NCBI GenBank assembly: GCA_024704765.1
Contig: JAKMXF010000210.1
Coordinates: 124,001-188,000, forward strand
Direction: 5' to 3'
Source of the DNA: Oopsacas minuta
Lineage: Eukaryota > Animalia > Porifera
DNA length: 64,000 nt
Within the stretch, counting starts at the first letter, position 1. The number at the start of each line of letters is the position of its first letter. The translations under genes were made by a program, and so were the position numbers. This document shows positions 44,157 through 53,211 of this stretch, one piece after another. The notes beneath the pieces were generated by a model. The model made no database searches and was not told where the DNA came from. It was given only the letters and a program-made list of their open reading frames with translations.

Positions 44157-44333
44157 ATGGATCAATTGATGGCTCTTAGTCAAGAAGGAAGTGCAGATGA
44201 CTCAAACGATATCATGCAGTTAATGTCCTCAGATAGAGAACAGAAGACAGCTATATTATGGACCTTCGTTGCCTTTGCATCTGCAGTTTTTGTAATACGA
44301 ATTTTACCTTATGGAATTAAAATTTTCTTTTAG
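44157..44333 (+). CDS. 58-aa tail-anchored microprotein, Tom5/Tom6-like (absent from the ORF track)
   Basis: MDQLMALSQEGSADDSNDIMQLMSSDREQKTAILWTFVAFASAVFVIRILPYGIKIFF*; one TM ending IR..PY. Confidence 0.55.
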   Translation: MDQLMALSQEGSADDSNDIMQLMSSDREQKTAILWTFVAFASAVFVIRILPYGIKIFF

Positions 44334-44523
44334 TTATAGCCCGCAATTGTAATTAGTATAGATTTAGAATAATCACTTCGTAGCTATAAATTATATTTGC
44401 ATTTATTCATAATTTCACAATGAAACACATTCATAGCATTGCATCATTTTATGCGGAAAATTTTCAATTGTCTTTATGAATAACTTCATTTTAGATGTGA
44501 GAATAGCCTAACCTAGCTAGCTA

Positions 44524-45141
44524 ATGGATTCTTCTAGTTCCAACTCATTTGAAACGAAACACAGCAATAAGTACACTCGTATCTTATTCAGACCATGGAT
44601 GATACTGTGCTGTTCAGTGTTTTTACTATCTCTCTCGTTTGGAATAGCCTCATTATTCTCACCAGCATGGGCTGTTAAGAATCCTGATTCAGATTACGTC
44701 GGTTTATTGAGAACCTGTTCTGAAAGTTTTGGCTGTTTTGAGACGTCTTCTATCTGGTGTTTGCCTGATCGTATTGATACCTGTGAAATGAATAAAATCA
44801 AACTTGAGCTAGTTTTCCTATTTTTTATCCTTGCGTTATTTCTCACCCTCTCAGGGGTTGTCTTCTCTCTCCCTTTCTTTGCCCCCTGTATCTTGGTCAT
44901 GGGGGTGGGTCTTTCTATCCTGTCAACTCTATCGTATGTTACTTCTATCATACTCTTCATGACTATTGACAGATACTTTTTTACATTCAGCACTTTTGAA
45001 GAGCCAGCACATTTCACTTATGGTTTCTATTTGTGTGCAGCTGCGACCGCTATGAGCGTATCTGCTTCTTTATGTGCACTCAAAGCTGCTCACTCACACA
45101 TAGGAGAGACACACAATAAGAAACAAGAGAAGGGATCCTAA
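44524..45141 (+). CDS. Four-TM claudin/LHFPL/PMP22-superfamily protein
   Basis: FSPAW...VGLLRTC....C first loop; four hydrophobic segments; YGFYLCAAA in TM4. Confidence 0.7.
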   Translation: MDSSSSNSFETKHSNKYTRILFRPWMILCCSVFLLSLSFGIASLFSPAWAVKNPDSDYVGLLRTCSESFGCFETSSIWCLPDRIDTCEMNKIKLELVFLFFILALFLTLSGVVFSLPFFAPCILVMGVGLSILSTLSYVTSIILFMTIDRYFFTFSTFEEPAHFTYGFYLCAAATAMSVSASLCALKAAHSHIGETHNKKQEKGS

Positions 45142-45389
45142 GTTATTTTCACTTACATTTATTTTATTTTACCATTCTTTCCACTTAAGTGTTTTACTTT
45201 TTATTGCAATTATATTACTTTATCGATTCTATATAGAAATTTGATAATCTTGTTAGTCAATGGAATTTTTAATCTGGGAAATGACATTCTGAATACATAG
45301 TCAATTCGCATTTTCTTAGATTCACACTTATACTTATTTTATTAATTAGTTAGATTTTATTATTTTCGTAGTTAATATTTGGCAGCGAA

Positions 45390-45995
45390 ATGTCACAAGG
45401 AACTCGTACCCAAACAAAGACTGTTTCCACAAAGAGCAGTAGTAAATTGACGAAAGAGGAAGAACGGTTGTTGCTAGAGAACAGCACTGAGATCTCTAGC
45501 ACAGCTAGTGCTGTATTCTATGTAAACGCGTTTTTAGTCGCAGCTATACCCACATGGTACTTCTACCGTATTCAGATGATGGAGCTTACATTATATTTTC
45601 CATTATTCATACTTATATCTATTGCCAACTGCTGGTTGCTAGCCAACGCTTATCGTAACTGGCGTTTTGTATTGCACCACAAGATTGGAGGGAAGATAGA
45701 GCATATTGTGAGTAAGGAAATAATGCGTAAATTGGAAGCTGCCGGCAAAAGTAAGTCTGCTTCCCGTCAGGAGAAAGAGGAACGTATTTCTCTCAAGAAG
45801 AATCAAGTAGCTGACAGCCAAGCTACTACTTTCTCAATATTCTACAACAATGCATTTTTCTTTGTTATTTTCTTTATCTTTTCTTGTGTGTTTCTACGTA
45901 GCAACGCTCCTATCGTAAACTATGTAGCCTCTACAGCTGGAGCAGCTTTCGTCGTATGGATCCTCTCAACTGGGGCTAAAGTGCAGAACAAGTAG
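45390..45995 (+). CDS. SSR3: Translocon-associated protein gamma
   Basis: LTKEEERLLLE, FYVNAFLVAAIPTW, LLANAY.N...L.HKI, KKNQVAD.QATTFSIFYNNAFF. Confidence 0.95.
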   Translation: MSQGTRTQTKTVSTKSSSKLTKEEERLLLENSTEISSTASAVFYVNAFLVAAIPTWYFYRIQMMELTLYFPLFILISIANCWLLANAYRNWRFVLHHKIGGKIEHIVSKEIMRKLEAAGKSKSASRQEKEERISLKKNQVADSQATTFSIFYNNAFFFVIFFIFSCVFLRSNAPIVNYVASTAGAAFVVWILSTGAKVQNK

Positions 45996-46087
45996 ATATA
46001 GGATTACATAGGCCTGCTTTGTTATATGATATTATATTGCTAGTGTTTTCTTGTTGGTAGAAATTCAATAAACTATTGACCTCTTAT

Positions 46088-46145
46088 TGTTCCCCCGAAC
46101 ACTATTCCCTAGTGAATCATGTTTAGGGGAACATCATTCACTAGG
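46088..46145. repeat. Nested inverted-repeat hairpin, probably a transposon relic
   Basis: CCTAGTGAAT-C-ATGTT-tagggg-AACAT-C-ATTCACTAGG; TGTTCCCC at 46088 can instead pair with GGGGAACA at 46126. Confidence 0.7.
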
Positions 46146-46467
46146 AAACCCTGTTTCTCCGAGTGTTTCCCCTTGCACACTTAGCAATACGTACTCGGGT
46201 CAAGGAAACTTACAGCCACCTCGCAGGGCCAAATTTTTCTAGAAATTTCCAAAATTACTGAAAAATAATACCAATTATATTTTGTTGCATAGATACGGTG
46301 TGGAAAATCCTAGAAATTTACTACTCTCATTCAACCCGTTATGACATATATTCTGAGTTACTATATGAAACGTAATTATGTACAATTTGTTGTGGAGTAA
46401 TATATGTCATTCGCCATTGTATATGCACAAAAATTAAATGACATAACCTGTATAATCTAAATTAGCA

Positions 46468-46878
46468 ATGTCTACAACAAGACAACGAGTTAGCAGCGAG
46501 CAGAAGACTACTGAGAGTACTCATGAATTAGTTCAAGTGTCTAGTTTCCGCATTGCATCTCCAGTTATTATCATAATTCTGACTCTTTTTTACGTATTGA
46601 TGTTTATGATATGGTATTCTCCTAGTGCTATTCCTGTTCCAGTACTGAGCATACCTCTTTTGGGTAAACTGATTGGATATCTGATCGCTCACCCTAACTA
46701 CGATCTAGGATTAATTTGGTTTACTATAATTGCTCATACTTTTGAGTCATATTTTGGTGTCTATTTTTGTGGAAAACACAATTTTACGTGCGCTTCTACT
46801 GCGTGGTATATCCTGCAAACTCTGTATTGTGGAGGATTTTGTCTACGAGTTCTGTTCAAATACAAACCACATAAATGA
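46468..46878 (+). CDS. TMEM254: Transmembrane protein 254
   Basis: WYSPSAIP...LG.LI.YL..H; AHTFESYF..YFC; WYILQTLYCGGFCL..L..YK. Confidence 0.8.
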   Translation: MSTTRQRVSSEQKTTESTHELVQVSSFRIASPVIIIILTLFYVLMFMIWYSPSAIPVPVLSIPLLGKLIGYLIAHPNYDLGLIWFTIIAHTFESYFGVYFCGKHNFTCASTAWYILQTLYCGGFCLRVLFKYKPHK

Positions 46879-47261
46879 GATATTCACAAATTCCTAATAA
46901 TTATTAGGTTACAGCTTCATCAATTGTATTATTGTGATATTAGATTTAGTTACTCCCTTTTGTGTTATACAATTTCTTTTGCAGCTTTTATTTATTTATT
47001 CATGTTTTATTGGTTTCTGATTCAAGTATTTTTCGTATTTTTTGTATTGTACATGGATATAGTATAATTGTTACAATCATTGATTTTAATCAATTGCATT
47101 ATACACAAATTCACATATCACAATAAGTATTTATATATTAATGACAAAGATAAATACAAATCTGTTCCAAAATTGGTCCATGAGAACATCTTAAGCACGC
47201 CATTAGACACAATGCTTAGTTGCATGTAACATTGCACGCAATAATTGCTGCATTGTGTAAG

Positions 47262-47309
47262 CTGAATGTTGCATGGAAATAATTCTACGTATTTCCATGC
47301 AACATTCAG
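47262..47309. repeat. Perfect 20-bp inverted repeat with an 8-nt loop, inside a probable TGCA-rich MITE relic (about 47190-47310)
   Basis: CTGAATGTTGCATGGAAATA-attctacg-TATTTCCATGCAACATTCAG. Confidence 0.85.
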
Positions 47310-47849
47310 GTTACAAGATGAGGCCTTGCATAGAATAGGTAGATGCAGTTAGGTTGCCTAGGGATAACTGGTATATGCCATGTGTAGGAATAGTGAACTC
47401 AACTGAATTAGCTGAGAATAACCAAAGCTGAGGTGTCACACAATCTGATCCAATCAGAGATCAGTCAATGTATCTGGACGAGAAGATCCAAGGGGTAGAA
47501 GAGATTCATGGCCTGAGTTAGAGACACTACTCTGTCATGTGTAGTTCCTTTTCCTACTTGAACACAATCAACAAATGTGGTCTTGTTAGAATTGTGATAT
47601 ATTGATATACAATCATTTTCGAGGGATATGAATCTCTTATATGTATGATATTTTTAATTACAATGACTGACCCTTCCTATTTCTTGTCTAGACACAAACC
47701 ATAACACCAGAAACTGTAGAAAATCTTCTTGCAAGTAGTCACCCAAAATTCTATATGTAACAAGTATATACTTGTACTTTAGTACTTACATATGTGTTTG
47801 GAAACCATCTACAAATATTTACTGCCTTCTTGCATACTCTAGTATACCT

Positions 47850-48932
47850 ATGTTAATTTCTCGTCTACTAAGTCAAACTAAACTAGCAAATAATTTCATT
47901 TTGATAATGGCAACTCGTTCCACTCGTAAGAGAAAGCCTCTTCCTGATACAGGGGAGAATCCAACAAACCCTAAACACACAAAAAATACTCCCCGATCTA
48001 GTACAGATGCAGATGGTACTCCTCCTAAACTTAAGAAGGCTAAGGTAGTGAAACAGCTTAGCTCTCCTGTCGTGAGTGATTCTGAAGAAGAACCCAAACC
48101 TAAATCTTCTCAAGAAGAAGTTGTATCAAAGCCTATGTCATCAAATGGAGACGAGATGTCTATTGTCAGTTGGAATGTTAACGGAGTAAAGGCATGGACA
48201 AAGTCTGATAAATGGCAATACATACCTAGAATTAAACCGGATGTGATCTGCTTACAAGAAGTTAAATCTGAAAAGAAAGACTTTCCTAACGAATTGAAAC
48301 TCATGAAAGACTACACGTACTATCTAAACTCAGCTGATCAGAGGGGATATTCCGGTACTGCTATTCTGACCAAATTCAAGCCTCTCTCTGTAACTTATGG
48401 TATCGGTATTAAAGAGCATGACACTGAGGGTAGAGTTATTACTGCAGAGTTTGAAAGACTATATTTGGTCACTGCATATATTCCTAATTCCAAAAGAGGA
48501 CTGTTAAGACTTGATTACAGACAGAGATGGGATGTAGACTTCACGAAATATCTGTGTGAGCTTGACAAGAAAAAACCTGTGATTCTATGTGGTGACCTGA
48601 ACGTAGCTCATCAGGAGATTGACTTAGCTAACCCCAAATCTAACCGGAACAAGACTGCTGGATTCTCTGATGAAGAACGTGCTGGGTTCACTGAATTGCT
48701 AAATAGCGGATTTATTGATTCTTACAGAAAACTGTACCCAAATAAGGAAGGTGCATATTCATGGTGGAGTTATATAGGTAATGCAAGAGAAAAGAACGTT
48801 GGTTGGAGGCTGGACTACTTCGTAGTGAGCACTAGGTTCATGGGTGAAGTTAATGATGTTGTAATACAATCAGAAGAGAAAGGTAGTGATCATTGTCCTG
48901 TGATGTTAAAAATTCATGGATCATCTTTGTAG
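47850..48932 (+). CDS. APEX1: AP endonuclease (ExoIII family); candidate starts at 47850 and 47907
   Basis: SWNVNG, PDVICLQEVK, GYSGTA, EGRVITAEF, YIPNS, CGDLNVAH, GWRLDYF, SDHCP. Confidence 0.95.
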   Translation: MLISRLLSQTKLANNFILIMATRSTRKRKPLPDTGENPTNPKHTKNTPRSSTDADGTPPKLKKAKVVKQLSSPVVSDSEEEPKPKSSQEEVVSKPMSSNGDEMSIVSWNVNGVKAWTKSDKWQYIPRIKPDVICLQEVKSEKKDFPNELKLMKDYTYYLNSADQRGYSGTAILTKFKPLSVTYGIGIKEHDTEGRVITAEFERLYLVTAYIPNSKRGLLRLDYRQRWDVDFTKYLCELDKKKPVILCGDLNVAHQEIDLANPKSNRNKTAGFSDEERAGFTELLNSGFIDSYRKLYPNKEGAYSWWSYIGNAREKNVGWRLDYFVVSTRFMGEVNDVVIQSEEKGSDHCPVMLKIHGSSL

Positions 48933-49242
48933 ATTCGATCAACTATTTCAGATCATAGAATTAGGTAAATCTGAAGATGTGTAGAAAGCAGTTTTACTCA
49001 CGCGTAGTTATAAAAGAGATGAATTATTTATTGATAAAGTTAATATCCTAAATTTCTAAATCAATTTTCTGTTAATCCATTTCAATCATTCTATGCCTAA
49101 CGGCCTAACTATATAGTTGTGTCGTTTAAATTATACCATTATCATCTCAACCACGTTACAATAAATACGTAGATTTGGCCAAAAATTGTTTTATTAGAAT
49201 ATTCACTAATTATACTATCTCATTACGTATTAATAGTATACA

Positions 49243-50109
49243 ATGAAGCGAAGTTCTATTCATTTGGATTCTGATGATATTTTTGAGGATTGTTCTCCTA
49301 GGCCCATCCAAGCTAAACAGGCTAAACTACTACAACCAGCTATATTTAGTGTGCCAGTGATTGATGGTGAGAAGTACCAGCCAGTGACTTATGAACAAGC
49401 AATGACAGGTGTCAAGACTCGTGTTTATGCAGATGGTATATTCGATCTTTTCCATTTCGGACATGCAGGTGCCTTAAAGCAAGCTAAGAACGTATTCCCA
49501 AACGTAGAGGTTATAGTAGGTATCTGTAATGATGAACTGACTAATAAAATGAAAGGTAAAACTGTTATGACAGAAGAGGAAAGGTATAGCTCAGTTTCTC
49601 ATTGCCGTTATGTTGATGAGATATTAAGAGATGCACCATGGATACTGGACTCTGATTTCTTAGATAGTTACCGTATTGATTTCGTAGCACACGATTCCAC
49701 AGCTTACGGCGCTCCAGGCACTGAAGATATTTATAAAGATATAAAAGCTATGGGTAGATTTATTTCTACGACTCGAACAAAAAACATTTCTACATCCGAT
49801 TTAATATCGCGGATAGTAATAGACTATGACGTGTATATACGTAGGAATATGAACAGGGGTTATACTGCTAGACAGCTAAATCTAGGATTTGTAAAGAGAC
49901 AAGAGGTTAAAATTAAGAATAAAATTCGCCGTTTGAAGAAGAGATCTGTAGATTTCATTCACAAATGTGAGAATAGATCTGCGAATTTATTGCTTGGATT
50001 TCTGGCTATGTTCGGAAGAGATGGTCGTATGAGTGTGCTACTTAACAACCAGAAGAGGAGGCTATCTGATACTCTCTATCCACCTCTCCCTCCACCACAA
50101 CAAGATTAA
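49243..50109 (+). CDS. PCYT1: CTP:phosphocholine cytidylyltransferase
   Basis: RVYADGIFDLFHFGH, HCRYVDE, DFVAHD, RT..ISTSDLI.RI..DYDVYIRRN. Confidence 0.95.
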   Translation: MKRSSIHLDSDDIFEDCSPRPIQAKQAKLLQPAIFSVPVIDGEKYQPVTYEQAMTGVKTRVYADGIFDLFHFGHAGALKQAKNVFPNVEVIVGICNDELTNKMKGKTVMTEEERYSSVSHCRYVDEILRDAPWILDSDFLDSYRIDFVAHDSTAYGAPGTEDIYKDIKAMGRFISTTRTKNISTSDLISRIVIDYDVYIRRNMNRGYTARQLNLGFVKRQEVKIKNKIRRLKKRSVDFIHKCENRSANLLLGFLAMFGRDGRMSVLLNNQKRRLSDTLYPPLPPPQQD

Positions 50110-50263
50110 ATACCATTTGGACAAAATTCTTATTTATTCTAGGTTGATTATCAGTGACTTTTTGTGCTGAACTTTACCATTTTATTTAGAATTAGCAAGC
50201 TATTTTGTATATAAAACCTTCCGACTTTATTATTAACTAATACTTTTGCATAGATTTGGTTGT

Positions 50264-50866
50264 ATGAATTCGTATCAGTCTCTGTTTAAAGATTCTTGGT
50301 CTCTCGTTGAAGAGGCTCGGGGGACATTGAATCAACTTACACACCCCTCAATAACTCCATTAACTCGTCAACAACATATAACTCGTGTATCTAACTGCTT
50401 ACAAGATCTAACGAGGAACTTAGAACGAATTGATCATATCTCTCATAACACATCTAATACATTACATAATGATAGAACACAAATAGAATTGCTTAGAAAT
50501 GAAACGTTCTCTATTCAACGAGAGTTTTCTCATTACAAGCCTGAGAATAACGATATTTGCCCAACTGCTGGATCTACTGTAATACAAATTGATGACGAGC
50601 TGAGAGAACACGAACGTCTTACTCGTGTACATGATTCTATCCATGAAATGATTGATATAGTTGGTGTATCAAGAAATAGAATTAAAGCACAAGACGACCT
50701 TCTTAGGAATGTACAAAATCAGTTCGTTTCTATATTCTCTAGATTAGGGTTGTCAAGTACTGTTCTGAGGCTTATTAGTCAGAGAATTAGAGGAGATAAG
50801 ATTATATTTATTGCTGGTGTATGTCTTGTGTTGTTGATAATTTTCATATTTGTATTTATTTTGTGA
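50264..50866 (+). CDS. GOSR2: Golgi Qb-SNARE membrin
   Basis: SNARE motif followed by RLGLSSTVLRLISQR..DK.IFIAG and a TM tail. Confidence 0.8.
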   Translation: MNSYQSLFKDSWSLVEEARGTLNQLTHPSITPLTRQQHITRVSNCLQDLTRNLERIDHISHNTSNTLHNDRTQIELLRNETFSIQREFSHYKPENNDICPTAGSTVIQIDDELREHERLTRVHDSIHEMIDIVGVSRNRIKAQDDLLRNVQNQFVSIFSRLGLSSTVLRLISQRIRGDKIIFIAGVCLVLLIIFIFVFIL

Positions 50867-50891
50867 ATTGTTGATTGATTGCTTATTGATA

Positions 50892-51003
50892 CGGTGGAAC
50901 CTCGTTAATACCAATTTTCGAATAAGACCAACTAATATTTACACAATCCGGTCCTTACAATGGTTACTCAATTAGTATTACTCCAGTTAACGAGTGTCGA
51001 CTG
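50892..51003. mobile_element. pogo/Tigger-like MITE (112 bp), same family as 5196
   Basis: TA|CGGTGGAACCTCGTTAATAC ... GTTAACGAGTGTCGACTG|TA. Confidence 0.75.
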
Positions 51004-51051
51004 TATCTTGTTCATGTTTTGTTATTTCTGACTATTTAGCACATCTTTAGC

Positions 51052-51708
51052 ATGGGAGCATTACTAGCTCGTATATTCAATCGGGATCAGCAGAATGCAC
51101 CACCACCTATTAACCGAGCACATGATGTATCACAACAAGATCAAGCTGTGCTAGATCTTAAGCTACAGAGAGATAAACTTAAGAGGTATCAGAACAAACT
51201 GGAAATACAAATGGAGAAAGAGAGAGAGCTAGCTAAAAAGCTGCTACGAGATGGAAAACGTGATAAAGCTAAGTTGCTACTAAAGAAGAAGAAGTATACA
51301 GAATCACTATTGGAGAAGACTGACGGACAGCTGAGTAATCTAGAAACAATGGTTGGTAACTTAGAATACGCACAGATAGAAATGAAGGTAGTAGAGGGAC
51401 TGAAGAGTGGAAATGAAGCACTCACTATGCTACACAAGATAATGTCCATTGAAGATGTAGAGAGCCTAATAGCTGATACACAAGATGCTATTGAGTATCA
51501 GAAAGAGATAGATGAACTGTTAGGAACACGACTAACTCAAGAAGATGAAGAATCTCTCTTGAAGGAGTTAGAACAAATAACACAGGGAGAAGATGAAGCG
51601 TTAATCAATCAATTACCAGCAGCTCCTGTTGGAGGACTGGAAGATGAAATTGCTCCTGTAAGAGGCGCTAGCAAGCAGCCGGAGAAGAGAACAGCTATTG
51701 CTACATAG
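51052..51708 (+). CDS. CHMP6: ESCRT-III subunit CHMP6/Vps20
   Basis: MG N-myristoylation start; QDQAVLDLKLQRDKLKRYQ; KAKLLLKKKKY; LEYAQIE.KVVEGLK.GN. Confidence 0.93.
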   Translation: MGALLARIFNRDQQNAPPPINRAHDVSQQDQAVLDLKLQRDKLKRYQNKLEIQMEKERELAKKLLRDGKRDKAKLLLKKKKYTESLLEKTDGQLSNLETMVGNLEYAQIEMKVVEGLKSGNEALTMLHKIMSIEDVESLIADTQDAIEYQKEIDELLGTRLTQEDEESLLKELEQITQGEDEALINQLPAAPVGGLEDEIAPVRGASKQPEKRTAIAT

Positions 51709-52066
51709 TTGCATTGCTTGTGTGACATAATGTGTATTTCTGTTGTAAGTGTGTTGTTTTATAATTATGACATTTACTAGGAAAGTATTGAATTGTTGAT
51801 ATGCTTCGAAATGTATTAATTATAATTATTTAACCTGCGGTGGCCCTGCTACCGATAAATTAAGAAAATCCTTGTTTAGCAATCAGCAATACTCAGTGAT
51901 CTTTAGGCACTTTAATAATAATCACTGCGAAATTCATTCTACACGTAGCTAGCTTATTCATTAATCTTTTGGATTCTATCTTACTGACAAGAGTTGCATT
52001 AAGAAATACGAATTCGCCTTTAATAATATAAAATGGAAATCTTTTAGTTAGTTCTTATTTCCGACA

Positions 52067-52975
52067 ATGCAATATGAATCTGAGTACTTAATTTCTCAAA
52101 ATATTAGGAGTGAACATTCTTATTCTTCTTATTCTACTCAAAATCAATTCCATTTCCAGCATCCACAAAAGTCTATCCTTACATTTAATGGAGCTGCTAG
52201 TACAGGTGAAGTTTATTTAAAGAATCCAACAGGATTGTGTATTGATCGGATAAATGGATTCATTTTTATAGCAGAAAATTCTTCAATATTAGCTATACAT
52301 ACTAAACCAACTATTAACGTGTTCACTTCTCAAGGTGACTACATGACTACATTTGGTAGAGATTTTATCGATCCTCCTTGTCAGATTTCAGTCACGATTG
52401 ATGAATATAGTTTCTACGTGCTAGATCAGCTCGAACAGAGAATAATTCAGTTCACAGACTTTGCAATTAACACAATATCGATCGATTTACCTTTACCACG
52501 AGGTATTGTTTGTGATGAAGACGGATTTGTATATGTAATAGATGGTTATAGTAGAAGAATATGTGTGTTTAGTAGAGAATTAAAACTCTTAAATAAGTTT
52601 GGTTTAAGCATTGCTGCTTTTCCACTTAATCTTGATATCCTCTCCGATATTCTTGTCATCCTATGTAACCCAATCTCTATCTTATACTGCAGTCTTTTAG
52701 GCGATAAATTGCGAAATATTGATCTGTGGAATATAATTATTCCACCAAAGTATTTCTGTATAGATACAGAGACTAATAATACATTTGTTTCTGACCTTTC
52801 TAATAACTGTATCAAGGTATACAATATGGATGGAGAGTTAATACGAACTATTGGGTCAAGTAATCGTATAAATAGGAAATTAACACCTTCTTTTATTGCT
52901 GTAACTAATTTCCATACTTTATTAGTTATTAATTCAGGAGATGACGGTATTAATGCACAAATGTTTCCTTTGTAA
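52067..52975 (+). CDS. NHL-repeat beta-propeller protein
   Basis: Repeats such as LKNPTGLCID..GFIFIAE, PRGIVCDEDGFVYVID and PKYFCID...FVSD..NNCIKVY. Confidence 0.8.
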   Translation: MQYESEYLISQNIRSEHSYSSYSTQNQFHFQHPQKSILTFNGAASTGEVYLKNPTGLCIDRINGFIFIAENSSILAIHTKPTINVFTSQGDYMTTFGRDFIDPPCQISVTIDEYSFYVLDQLEQRIIQFTDFAINTISIDLPLPRGIVCDEDGFVYVIDGYSRRICVFSRELKLLNKFGLSIAAFPLNLDILSDILVILCNPISILYCSLLGDKLRNIDLWNIIIPPKYFCIDTETNNTFVSDLSNNCIKVYNMDGELIRTIGSSNRINRKLTPSFIAVTNFHTLLVINSGDDGINAQMFPL

Positions 52976-53211
52976 TGTTTTATTTGTTATCATGCGTGTA
53001 TACGGGGCTGTTTAGCGACTTTACCTTGGGGAAATTGTTACTTATAATATCTATTTTTTAAATCAGCAAAACCATGAATACTATTATTTAACGGACAGGA
53101 TTTCCAAATATTTCCATTGTTATGTTTTCTTGGTATTTATTGAACAACACCTCTCTACTCATATTAATGTATCAAAATAATGATTTTGATTAGAAAACAT
53201 ACTTTTATGGA

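Noticed and set aside
47772-47849. Longer N-termini from non-ATG starts in the ORF track (also 4460, 27001, 50246, 58891)
   Set aside because: TTG/GTG starts in AT-rich spacer sequence upstream of the homologous region; the first suitable ATG was used instead
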